Part shown: piece by piece, positions 27,011 to 38,870 of the stretch
How the letters are laid out: every line of letters starts with the position of its first letter
How positions within the stretch are numbered: position 1 is the stretch's first letter
Origin: the human T2T-CHM13v2.0 reference genome, Homo sapiens
DNA length: 64,000 bases
NCBI RefSeq assembly: GCF_009914755.1
Contig: NC_060931.1
Strand: one strand, 5' to 3'
Made by a program: the position numbers and the translations under genes
The notes under the pieces: model-generated
Told to the model about the DNA's origin: nothing
Seen by the model: only the letters and a program-made list of their open reading frames with translations
Database searches by the model: none

Positions 27011-29022
27011 TTGGAAAAGGATTGTATATAAACTAATAGGCATGTTTCATAATTTCCATTTAATAATGTTTTATATGATAAATCATTTTATTAAATTAAT
27101 AATTTACCATTAAATACATGTTTTAAATTAGAAAATATGTTTTCTCTCATTAAATAATAGACATATACACTTTCTACCATAGATTAGCTATTAGAAGGAT
27201 AGAATTTTATTGTAAACCCATACTAAGAAATTTATTAGCTTCAGTAATAGGAAGGTTTGAGTTCCTCTTCATATTCATTTTCTCATATTGTATGTATAGC
27301 CTTATTGTATGTATGGTAAAATACAGTATTTCTTAATCATTACAAGCAAAAATAAGTGCATTTCTAAAATACATATTCACAACTTTAATATCACTTTATA
27401 TAGTCTGTTATAATAGAATGTTGATAACTCATCTTATTAATAGTATACCTAAAAATTAATCAAACTCATCATTTGATATTAGTCCACAATGGTACTTTTC
27501 AATTTAGCCGCTTTTTTTTTTTCATGTAGGAAATGTTTAGGTAAATATACTTTGTAAACTAACTGCATAATAAAGTGCCCCAGGTTTGTCATCATAGATT
27601 CAGATTCATATTTAATTATAGTCACTATATTTTTTAAAAATTCACATAGTCAACCAGTATCCAGGAAATAAAAACATACTGAAACAAACTTTGGAAAATT
27701 CTTGACTCACGAAAATTTTAACTATGTCAATTAGCTATTTGATAATAACTATTATCAAAGATGTATGCTTCTGTTCAGTCATTCCTTAAATAAGCATTAT
27801 GTTGATATCCTAAAGCTATTTTATAATCATTGAAGTATAAGTAAAGTGCTCATAATATTGAAAAAAATGAGCAAAAATTTTACTTTTCATCCCGATACTC
27901 AAACTTATTTGATGTATAAAAAATTAAAAATTTGTCCCTATAGACTTTCTGAATGGTAGAAAAAAAGAGGTTAAGAAGCAATTTATAGCTAACTCTCTTG
28001 AGGAGAGTATAATGAAGAACCAAGGAATATTTAAAATTTGGGATATATTTAATAATGTATTCCTTTTGCATTTTAACGTACTTAAATAATACAAGAGTAT
28101 TTTGCTTATTTTATGCTAAAAATGCAAATGCTATTTATTACTCTTAAGAGAGAAAATTGTGTAAGCTTTAAAAGATGGGGATTAATTATTGCATTTATTC
28201 ATTTCATTATAGGATTTATTTACTTACTTGTTATAATTAATTCTTTAGAGATCACTGAGCTTTAGGAGAGAAAGTATTATATTATAATATATGGTAAGAT
28301 TATATGGTAATTCTAAAGCCTAGGAATTGACCTAGCTTATCAACTACAAAAACTAAAGTATTGTCTATTTATCCACTGGAAATATATATTTCCAAGAATA
28401 GTTATGTTATATAAATATATTAACTGACATGGAAAGAGTCACAATATGTGGTTACATGATAAAAAGCAGACTACAAAGCATGTATACGAGATTTTTTTAT
28501 TTGCACAAAAAGTATATATGAATAAATCTAGAGCAGTGATATACGCAGAAATACATTCATAGAGTCACGTACCATGCTAGTTTAAATGTAATCCTAATCA
28601 CTGACTCAGACTTGCTGAATAATTATTTTAGGGCTGGAGTTTAGCAAATTTTATCCTAACTAGCTTTTCTATATTTCATACTCACTATACTTTCACAACT
28701 ACTAGTCTAGGAATGAAGGTCATAAACATGAAAAAAGTATGTAACTTTTTATTTCTAATTAAATAGATGTGTAAGAGTAACAACGTTGAATTCCTGCATA
28801 TTTATGCCAAATTTAGCTATTTTTCCTTCCTGATTCTTCAATACCTAGGAAGCCAGAGATGATGTACCAATATATTTTAAAAGTAAAAAGTGGGTTGAAG
28901 AAAAGTTGTAAAATACATACAAGTACGTTGACCTGTAAGTGAAGCTAATCTAACAAACATGTCAAATCAGTCTTCTTTTTAACTCTACAATATTTGTGTA
29001 TAGGCTATATTTCTGCCACTCA

Positions 29023-29069
29023 TCTCTCTTTCTCTCTCTGTCTCTCTCTCTCACACACATACACACACA
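29023..29069. repeat. (CT)n-(CA)n compound microsatellite
   Basis: Direct reading. Confidence 0.9.
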
Positions 29070-29719
29070 ATTATTTTCACTTCCTTACTTTATGTCATTA
29101 TATCAATTTTCCATGGAGAGAGAGGCTGATAGCTTTACAATAGCTTCCCTTGCACATGAAGTCAGGAAATTAAGTGAAGGTTTTTAATTGCAAAAAACTA
29201 TCAGATCTCTTATATTACAACTTAGCCATTTTCCCTAACAACAAGTATTAATGACCTCTTTGCTTAATGAAAATTAATTGCTATTCCGCCTTAACAATTA
29301 CATTGTGATTGATCAAATTTATAAAACCTGCAAGGGTCATTTGCTTTAATTCTACTTCAATCCATTAAATCTCCAGCAGATGATAACCTTTAACTTATTC
29401 ACATATTAGGAAATTTTAATGGCAGTTCTAGGTGTCACTATTTATATAAAAAGTTATACATCAAATTGCCTCCTTTTCTTAGCTCAATTAAAGTGGTTTG
29501 TCTCTACTGATGTAAGACATTTCCAATCCACCAGAGTGACTTCAGAGCTAAAACATTTACATTACATTTTTTTATTCACATTACCAACAATAACTAAGAA
29601 AAATTAATGTTGGTTTGCTGTCAAGCTAGTAGCAAATAAAAAATGATAGTTTAATATGATAAACTTTTTCCATAAAAAAACATATTATGTATCTTTTAAA
29701 AATATATTATTTACTTCAA

Positions 29720-30095
29720 ATAACAAGAAGAGAAGATATGAGTTTATACCTATCAGAAAGGCAAAAATGCAAAAAGATGGATAATACTATTAGATAGAGT
29801 GTGAAGAGATGGGGGTCAATTGTGTTTTGTATGTGGCAGTCTAGACACTACTGCCAATCTAGAAAGTCCTCTATTTCCAGCAGCTCTAGGGTATGAACTA
29901 TATATGCTCTATTTCCAGCAGCACTATATATGAACCAATGATCTTACTCCTGAATACATATCCCAGAGAAGTATTACAAAGTCCATACAAAGTGAGGGGT
30001 ACCAAAAAATGGATGCTGAGCCACTGTTTGTGTCAGCATGAAGTTTGGGGGCAATTTGTGCTCATCATTAGGAGAATGGATAAGTAAATGATTAA
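29720..30095 (+). mobile_element. Ancient L1 (L1ME4-like) ORF2-end fragment
   Basis: TACCTATCAGAAAGGCAAAAAT, ACTCCTGAATACATATCCCAGAGAA, AGGAGAATGGATAAGTAAATG; internal 16-bp duplication CTCTATTTCCAGCAGC. Confidence 0.65.
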
Positions 30096-31206
30096 AGAAA
30101 AAGAATAAAATATGAGACTTTAGACTGTGAAATATGAAGACTATTTACAATACTATATAAGAAAAATGTTATTTATTAATTCACTTATTGTAATGCATAT
30201 TATCACTTTTTTATTGACCTTATGTTTGAGTCAACTCAGTTTCACATTAAACTGAGGAATCCTACCAAAAGGTTGATTTTTCCCTTTTGTGTTGTTTTAC
30301 TCACTTTGAGACTTCTTATGTCTTACATACTTCCTGTGCTTGCTCATGTGAAAGAATTTGCTGATTTTTTTCTCTTTCATTTGGTGTATATTCTCTTTCT
30401 TCTATCCATCCAGGAGGTCAAGATTAAGGCCAACACTCTCCATAACTTCCCTGATTCTATCCCTAAAGACATTTCTTTTCTTTGAACTTCTATAGCACTA
30501 CTAACCTACATTACATCTAATATTACTCTTATTACAACAGCTTTATGTCATTAATTTGTTAGTTCTCTACAAGATTTCTGATGACTGAGACCAGATCTCA
30601 TGTTGTCCATGCCCCTTACTTTTCTTGGCATATGGCTGAACACATTATGAATATTTAAGAAATGCCTCTTCACTCACGACCAAATATATTTGAGCCAGGC
30701 ACTGTTCTATTTGCTACAGATATTTCAGTTAGTAGAATAAAAATGTATTCCCTCTTAAGCTTGTATTTCAGAGGCAAGGAGAGATGAAACAGGACTGGCA
30801 AAGTGTTCCATCAGATATTCTTTAATAGCTATAAAGACCCCCACTGGAAATTGTAATCTATGCCTATGCAGGGAAGTGATGGAGAGGAAAAATACAAAGT
30901 ACTAAAGGAAGTTTTAGCTTTGGAATCTGTGTCAAGATATGGCAAATAAATTAAGGAAACGGCATGGACTTCTCTTCTTCCCTAATAGCTCCAGTGAACA
31001 GGCCCCTGAAAAACTGAGAGCCATGGCTTGCTGAAGCCCTAAAATCTCTCATCACCTTATTGATGCCTAAAATTTCTTTACTGTGGAAACTAAGTTTTTT
31101 ATTTCACAGTTAGAGGTAAAAACTTAAAAGTCAAAATCTGGTTGATGTTTTTCACTGAAAAAATTTACATTAAGTATAAAGTAGCAACCATTCAATTGTT
31201 CAGTGT

Positions 31207-31335
31207 AAATAACAACAGTGACCTTACAATGTGTCTTTCAAACCATGACACTTTAAGGCAAAGGGGGACCCTACTAATAATCATGGCAGGACAATACGGA
31301 TAAACAGACTCTTCTAGGCAAATTAGGATAAAATA
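31207..31335. mobile_element. MER94-like hAT-Blackjack MITE
   Basis: GTGACC end; GGCAGGACAATACGGATAAACAGACTCTTCTAGGCAAATTAGGA resembles MER94. Confidence 0.55.
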
Positions 31336-31984
31336 TCTTCTAAAATAACAATAGTTACTTTCCTGCTTTGTGACTTGCAAGAAGAAAACCTATATCCCAA
31401 CTGTTAGAATGAAGACAGAATCTCTACTCCATCCAGAAATGACGTGGACATACAGAAAATCAAACGTACACTGAGATATGGACTTGTGACAGCTCTTCAA
31501 TTGTTGAGAAAAAGAGAAGTCATGCATTAAGATATTTTAGCCATGTATGATTAAAATGCATGCAGCATAGTGGCTCAAGATTTCCATAAAATGAGTTTCA
31601 TTCCCAAGGATTTGTTAATCAAGCTGTCATTAATTGATTACTTATTAGGAAATCTCTTGGCAACAGGTGTGTAACAAACTTTGATGATGTGAGACAAACC
31701 ATTTATCTCCTAAGAAAGTCTATATTCCTAATATTTCTTAACTACTCTAAAACATCTTTGATATTTTTCCTGTTTTAAGATTAAAAAATGATTGATGGTA
31801 GGTATTGATTTAACACTGAATTAGAATTTATTTTGCCCGTTTATTACCGTAGCACTGTGCACATATGAAGTACTTACATCAACCACATTGTAATTACTAT
31901 TTCTTGACACATATCTCCATTGCTAGGATAGATAAATGGGTTTCTATTTTATTTATCTCTGTTTTCGCAGGTTCTAACTTTCTT

Positions 31985-32496
31985 TTACTTTATTGAGATA
32001 TAATTGACAAACAAAGTTATATATATTTAAGTTGTATAATGTGATTATTTGATATAATAACATACAGTGGAATCACTGCCACAACTGAATTAGTTAGCAC
32101 ATCCATCACCTCACATAGTTACTTTTTTATTTGTGGTAAAAACATTGAAGATCTAATCTCTTAGCAAACTGCAACTACATAATATTTGTATTATTAACTA
32201 TAGTCACCATGTTGTACATTAAATCCACAGAACTTATCCATCTTATAATTCAAAGATTATACTCTTTGACCAAAACTCCTCATTTCCCCCAACTCCTCAG
32301 CTCCTAGCAACCAACCTTCTACTGTTTCTATAAGTTTGACAAATTTTAGATTCCACATATGGCAGATCACACAGTATTTATATTTCTCTGACTTATTTCA
32401 CTAAACATAATGCCCTCCAGGTTTCTCTATGATGTAAAATGGCAGGATTTCTTTCATTTTTTTTGGTGGAATCACATTCTACTTTGTGTGCATATA

Positions 32497-32528
<32 letters not shown>

Positions 32529-33483
32529 ACATTTTCTTCATCACTGACAGGCACATGTGTTGGCTACTGTCAGTAAAGCTACAGTGAATGTGGGAGTGCA
32601 CATATCTCTTCAAGATACTGCTTTCTTAACCTTCAAATATATACTCAGAACTAAGATTTCTGGGTCATATGTGATGTGATTTAGATGTGTCACCACCAAA
32701 TCTCATGTTGAAATGTGATTCCCCAATGCTGGAGGTGGGGCCTAGTGGGAGGTGTTTGGGTCATGTGGGAGGAAACTTCATGAATGGCTTGGTGCCCTCC
32801 TTAATGAGTGAGTTCTCACTCTGTTAGTTCAAGAGAGAGCTGGGTTGTTTAAAGGAGCCTAGTACCTCCCCCTTTCTCTCTTGCTTCCTCTCTCACCATG
32901 AGCACACCTGCTCCCTCTTCACCTTCTGCAATGAGTAAAAGCTTCCTGAGGTCTCACAAGAGGCTAAGCAGATGCTGGTCCGATGCTCGTACAGTCTGAA
33001 GAACTGTGAACCAAATAAATCTCTTTTCTTTATAAATTACTGTGCTTTGGTCTATGCACCAAAAACACAGCCACCACTTCTGTAGTGCAGAAACTAGAGA
33101 ACATGCATGAAGAAATAGAAAAACGCTAAAAAACAGATATTTAACATATCATTTTCAATCCAATTCAGGCCATATGGATAAAAGTGGAGTAAGTACATAG
33201 GGGTCTTAAATATGCACGCCCGTGTCTTTACCATAGAATTATTTATTTTTCTACTGTCTCAGGTATCCCTTTCTAGCAATGCAAAATGGAGTAAGACAAT
33301 ATGGCAGTTCTATTTTTCATTTTCTTAGGAACCTCCACACTGTATTCCATAATGGCCATACCAATTTATGTACTCAACAACACTGCTCAAGGCTTCACTT
33401 TTCTTCACATCTTCACAACAGTTATCTTTTGGTTTTGTAATAATAAAGAGGTGTGAGGTAATATTTCATTGTAGTTTTAATTT
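31985..33483 (-). mobile_element. L1MA8/9-like 3' portion, split by MSTB LTR; contains (CA)n at 32499-32527
   Basis: CACATCCATCACCTCACATAGTTAC, TATTATTAACTATAGTCACCATG, TTTTAGATTCCACATAT. Confidence 0.9.
32672..33298 (+). mobile_element. MSTB-like MaLR solo LTR carrying a foreign insert at 33044-33251
   Basis: AAATCTCATGTTGAAATGTGATTCCCCAATGCTGGAGGTGGGGCC; TSD ATATG at 32667-32671 and 33299-33303. Confidence 0.93.
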
Positions 33484-33510
33484 CAGCATCTAATTTAAAA
33501 AACAATATAC

Positions 33511-34460
33511 TGCAATCTATCCATCTGACAGAGGGCTAATATCCAGAATCTACAAAGAACTTAAACCAGTTTACAGGAAAAAAATAGACAACCCCATCAA
33601 AAAGTGGGTGAAGGATATGACAGACACTTTTCAAAAGAAGACATTTATGTGGCCGACAAACATATGAAAAAAAACTCATCATCACTGGCCATTAGAGAAA
33701 TGCAAATCAAAACCACAATGAGATACCATCTCATGCCAGTTAGAATGACGATCATTAAAAAGTCATGAAGCAACAGATGGTGGAGAAGACCTGGAGAAAT
33801 AGGAACGCTTTTAAACTGTTGGTGGGAGTGTAAATTAGTTCAACCATTGTGGAAGACCATGTGGTGATTCCTCAAGGAACTAGAACTAGAAATGCCATTT
33901 GACCCAGCAATCCCATTATTGAATATATATCCAAAGGATTACAAATCATTCTGCTGTAAAGACACATGCACATGTATGTTCACTATAGCACTGTTCACAA
34001 TAGCAAAGTCTTGGAACCAACCCAAATGCCCATCAGTGATAGACTGAATAAAGAAAATGTGGCACATATACAACATGGAATACTATGCAGCCATAGAAAA
34101 GGATGAGATCATGTCCTTTGCAGGGACATGGATGGAGCTGGAAACCATCATTCTCAGCAAACTAACACAAGAGCAGAAAACTAAACACCACATGTTCTCA
34201 CTCATAAGTGGGAGTTGAACAATGAGAATGCATGATCACAATGAGGGGAACATCACATGCTGGGACCTGCTGGGGGATGGGGAGCTAGGGGAGGGATAGC
34301 ATTAGGAGTAATACCTAATGTAATACCTATGTACCCCTACATTAGTAATACCTAATGTAGATGATGGGTTGATGGGTATAGCAAAGCACCATGGCACGTG
34401 TATACCTATGTATACATGTACCCCAGAACTTAAAGTATAATAAAAATAAATAAATAATAA
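33511..34460 (+). mobile_element. L1PA (PA7/8-like) 5'-truncated 3' end
   Basis: Well-preserved ORF2 end and 3'UTR (ACTCATAAGTGGGAGTTGAACAATGAG...AGAACTTAAAGTATAATAAAAA). Confidence 0.95.
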
Positions 34461-34644
34461 GAAGAAAACAGAAAATAAACAACACACTAAGAGGAACTAA
34501 GGAAATACACAGAAAGAAATACTGCAAGTTTTATAAAAGCCAAAATAAAAATAAAATAAAATAATAAGCTTGAATTGTATAAGGAAATATGAATAGACAA
34601 CACATTAATTAAAATAATGAGAAGACAAAAATCTATTTGTCTAA

Positions 34645-35270
34645 TAGACCAATGGAACTAAATAGAGAGCCCAGAAATAATGCCACAGACCTACAACAAA
34701 GTCAAAAAAGCAAGCAACAGGAAAAGAACTTCCTATTCAATAAATGGTGCTAGGATAACTGGCAAGCCATATGCAGAAGGTTGAAATTGAACCCCTTCCT
34801 TACACCATATACAAAATTCACCCCAAGATTGATTGCAGACTTAAATGTAAGACCTAAAGCTTTATAGGGTTTTTATAAACCCCAAAAGATAAACTAGGAA
34901 ATACCATTCTGGAAATAGGCCTTAGCAATGATTTTATGATAAAGAAACCAAAAGCAATTGCAACAAAAGCAAAAATTGACAAATGGGACCTAATTAAACT
35001 AAAGAGCTTTTGTACTGCAAAAGAAACTATCAAAAGAATAACAGACAACCTTTAGAATGGGAGAAAAGTTTTGCAAACTTTGCAACCAGAAAAGGTCTAC
35101 TATCCAGAATCTATATAGAACTTAAAAAAAAAAAATAACAAGCAAAAAACAACCCCACTGAAAAGTGGGCAAAGGACATGAACAAACTATTCAAAAGAAA
35201 CATACACTCATCCAACAAGCACATAAATAAATGCTCAACTTTAATTAATTATTAGAGAAATGCAAATCAA
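34645..35270 (+). mobile_element. L1PB/older L1PA ORF2 C-terminal fragment
   Basis: TAGACCAATGGAAC...AATAAATGGTGCTAGGATAACTGG...ATTAGAGAAATGCAAATCAA. Confidence 0.9.
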
Positions 35271-35280
35271 CAAATTAGTG

Positions 35281-35417
35281 TTTGATGTGCTACTGGATTT
35301 GATTTGCTAGTATTTTGTTGAGGATTGCTGCATCTATGTTCATCAAAGATATTGGCCTGAAGTTTTTTGTTGTTGTTGTTGTTGTTGTGTCTTTGCCAGG
35401 TTTTAGCATCAGAATGA
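35281..35417 (-). mobile_element. L1 ORF2 internal fragment, inverted
   Basis: GCTAGTATTTTGTTGAGGAT...CATCTATGTTCATCAAAGATATTGGCCTG. Confidence 0.9.
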
Positions 35418-35872
35418 GGGGCTCTAAATCTTGAAACAAATCCTTGAAATACACCAAAATAGAACATCTTTAAGTACAAATTTCATAGGTCCTACATAAA
35501 AATAACACAATGAAAAAGAAAGGTATTCAGCAACAAATAGCACAATGAATAGAATAGTACCTCACATCTCAATACTAATGTTGAATGTAAATGGACTAAA
35601 TGCACCATTTAAAAGATACAGAATGGCAGAATGGATAAGAATTCACCAACCAAGTTTCTGCTGTCTTCAGGAGATTCATGTAACACATAAGGACTCACGT
35701 AAATGTAAGGTAAAGGGGTGGAAAAAGATATTCTAAGCAAATGGACATCAAAAGTGAGCAGGAGTAACTACTCTTATATCAGATAAAACAAACTTTAAAG
35801 CAGCAGCAGTTGAAAATGACAAACAGGGACATTATATAATGATAAAAAGATTAGTCCAATGGAAAATATCAC
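35418..35872 (+). mobile_element. L1PB ORF1-end / ORF2-start fragment
   Basis: GCTCTAAATCTTGAAACAAATCCT; encodes the endonuclease N-terminus (ORF 35545-35736). Confidence 0.9.
35545..35736 (+). pseudogene. L1 ORF2p APE-endonuclease N-terminus remnant
   Basis: HISILMLNVNGLNAPFKR...CCLQE...KGWKKIF, then stop. Confidence 0.9.
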
Positions 35873-37150
35873 TTCATTCAGGCAGTGGCAACAGAATCTG
35901 TGCTTGCTTGCCGCCATTAGTCACAGCAGTGTGGTGAGGTACACATGCGTCAACTGAAGCACGGTAACAATGTCAATGGGGCTGTGGCATTCTTGGATGT
36001 GCTTGTGGCAGCAGCATGGTGGTGGTGGGGCTCTGGTAGGGACAGGGTTGCTGGCACCTGTGCTTGCATTAGTCCCAGTGGTGCTGGTGGCAGGCATGGG
36101 GTGCTGGTATGCATGGGGCTGCCAGCCCCCCTACACATTTGCACTGGCAGCAGTGGCGGTGCTAGGGGGCAGGGTTGCTGGTGTTCATGCACAAGTTCAC
36201 ACCAGTGACTGTGACATGGCCAGGTGCCCTCACATCAGCAGGCGAGGAGCAGCAGGGTGTGCTTGGCTGGCAGCAGTGACACACACAGTAGAGTACCTGT
36301 GCTGGAAGAGGAGGGGAGGTGAAGTCTGCCCATGGGAATGCTGGCAAAGCAGTGGGCAGGGGAGGTGGCTGTGGGCAAGTGCATACCAGCAAAGCAATGT
36401 AGGGGAGGCTGCAGTAGGGGAAGAGTGCTGGTGGGCTGGTGCATGACGGCAGAGGCCAATCTGCAGGAGCTCTCCAATGGTCAGGCATGGTCTGCCAGTA
36501 AAGGAGCTATAATGAGGGTCCTTCAGAAACACGCCGGTTGGGCCCCCGAGGCTGCGCTGCAAGAAGCTGTAGCCAGGCTGGGGTCCTGGGAGAGGCCAGG
36601 AGAGAGGAGGGCCACTCAGATCAGACTGGCCCTGCCTCATGGGCAAGACCTCTCTCCTCCATCCAGGTCTGACAGTCACTAAGGCTAGTCTCCTAGAAGA
36701 GCATTCTTATCTTTGAGGGACGGATAGACATTTCTGGCCGTGCTCCATGGCAGATGATTCCACACTAAGCCCTCTGAGCTCTGCACAGGCTGAAGTCCTG
36801 CCCCATCACCTCTCTAAGCAGTTCTCCCTGACAACTCAAGTGTCCATGATATTGTGAGGCCTCCTGTTGCCAGGATTCTGGAGGTCCATGGCAAAAGTGA
36901 GCCATTCCTTGCCTGTCCAATTCACCCCTTCCCTAGGAGTCACTGAGGCCCAGGAATGAGTCCCAATGCTCAGTAACCCCTGCAGTGTTCCCAGATTCCT
37001 CCCCATTCAGCTCAACATTTATGTCCTCCCTCCATCAACTCTCAGTGCCTTCCCTTGAAAGATCTGCTAGGAGTGTGCCAGTCTCCCAATCTCCCTTTCT
37101 CTCTGTGGAAGATGTTCCTCCTGGCTGCATCTATCCTGCGATCTTCCAAT
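35873..37150 (-). mobile_element. L1P (PB/old PA) GC-rich 5'UTR, antisense
   Basis: GC-rich, CpG-decayed block ending CATCTATCCTGCGATCTTCC, resembling the reverse complement of an L1 5' terminus (CAAGATGGCTGACTAG). Confidence 0.7.
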
Positions 37151-37189
37151 TGAAAATTTATAAACTTTATTTTACACCTTTTGTGTAAA

Positions 37190-38870
37190 AGGGAAAATAT
37201 ATAATAAAATTGCAGAATTTCTAAAAATTAATGAAAAATCAAAACATTGCATAAGAAAAATTATGGAATAAAATTAAACAACTCTATGAATTTAAGGCTA
37301 TGAGTTTTCTTGTGCTAACAAAAAAAATGAAAGAATAAAACAAATAAATTTCTTTTGTGACTCATTACATTATGGAAAACAAAATAAGGTTAACGAAGAG
37401 AAAACTATAGAATAATATATCATGAAAGAGATGCAAAACTCTGTAATAAAATATTTACAAATTGAAGCCATCGATCTATAAAAAAGATAAATATCATGAC
37501 CAAATGGGTTTATTCCAGAAATTCTACATTGGCTTAACATTTGAAAATCAGTCAATGTAATTCAACGTATTAACAAAATAACGAAAATGAATATATAATT
37601 AACCCAGTGGATTAAAAAAAAATGTGGGAAAATTCCACACTCATTTATAAACGCTTTTTGTGTAAGATCTGAAGCAAGGTTAGAATTTCACTATCAGCAC
37701 ATGCCCAACATTGTTCTACATTCCTAACAGGTAAAAGAGTTGAGAGAAAAAAGATATATAAAAGAACAAAGATTTAGGGGGAAAAAAGCAAAAGTGGCTA
37801 TTTACAGATGACGTAATTTTTTTCATAATTTTTTTAAGTTCAGTGTTCAACAAAAAGCTAGTAAAAATAATGTCAATTTAGCATAATTGCAGGATACAAG
37901 ATCAATATGCAAAAATAAATTGTATTACTAAATTAGAATTACTAAACTATTAGAATAAACAATTTGAAAATATAACTTTAAAAATAATTTTATGATAGTA
38001 AATTTTGAAAATAATAAAGATAAATATAACAAAATATGTGTAAGACCTACACTATGAAAATTACAAAACATTACAGGAAAATCAGCCGAAATAATTGATA
38101 TGATATATAATTTTTAACGGAATGGAACACTAAATGCTTAAGATACTGTTTTTCCCCAAATTGATTACAGATTCTACAAGATCCCAAACATAATCTCAGT
38201 GTGTGCTTACCTAAATTGACAATATAAATCTGAAATGTATATGGAAAAATAAAGGATTAAGAATTGCCAAAACACCTTTGAAAAATATATGAGAATGGTC
38301 TCTGATTTCCTATGATAAAACTACAATCATCAAAACAGTGTTTCACTGGCATAAGATTAGATCTATTAATAAAGGAATCCAAATAGAAAGTCCAGAAATA
38401 AACTGATATGTGGTCAGTGTGTTTTTGATATGGGTACCAAAGTAATTCAACTGGAAAAATACTTTTTTTTTTTTTTAAACGATACTAACACAACCCACTA
38501 TACCTGGGGGATAATTGACATTGTCCCTTTCTGACTGACACCATTGCAAAAATTAACTTGAAATATATACACACCTAAATAGAAGCACCTGTGTACATGT
38601 GTGTATGTGTGTATATAGTGAGATAAAGCAAATATGACAAAATGTAAATGTTAAAATGGGTGAATTCAGGAAAAGCTATAAAGGATAGTCATATATTATC
38701 TTCCAACTGCTTTTTAGCTTTATATTTTTCAAAATAAAAAATTTTGAGAAAAATGTCTGAGGCAAATATGGAAAAAATTAACTTTTGTTCAAGCTGGTTG
38801 CTTGATACAAGATGGTCTATCATTATTCTCTATTCAGTATGTATTTGAAAGATTTTAACATTAAAAATAA
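37190..38870 (+). mobile_element. Old L1ME-type ORF2 and 3'UTR fragments
   Basis: CATGACCAAATGGGTTTATTCCAGAAAT, GGATACAAGATCAATATGCAAAAAT, AAAGCAAATATGACAAAATG. Confidence 0.8.

Noticed and set aside
35945-36682. Cluster of the longest overlapping ORFs (up to 158 aa) in a GC-rich block
   Set aside because: Lies in an antisense L1 5'UTR; GC richness lowers stop frequency; no recognisable domain; CpGs are decayed, so it is not a CpG-island gene.
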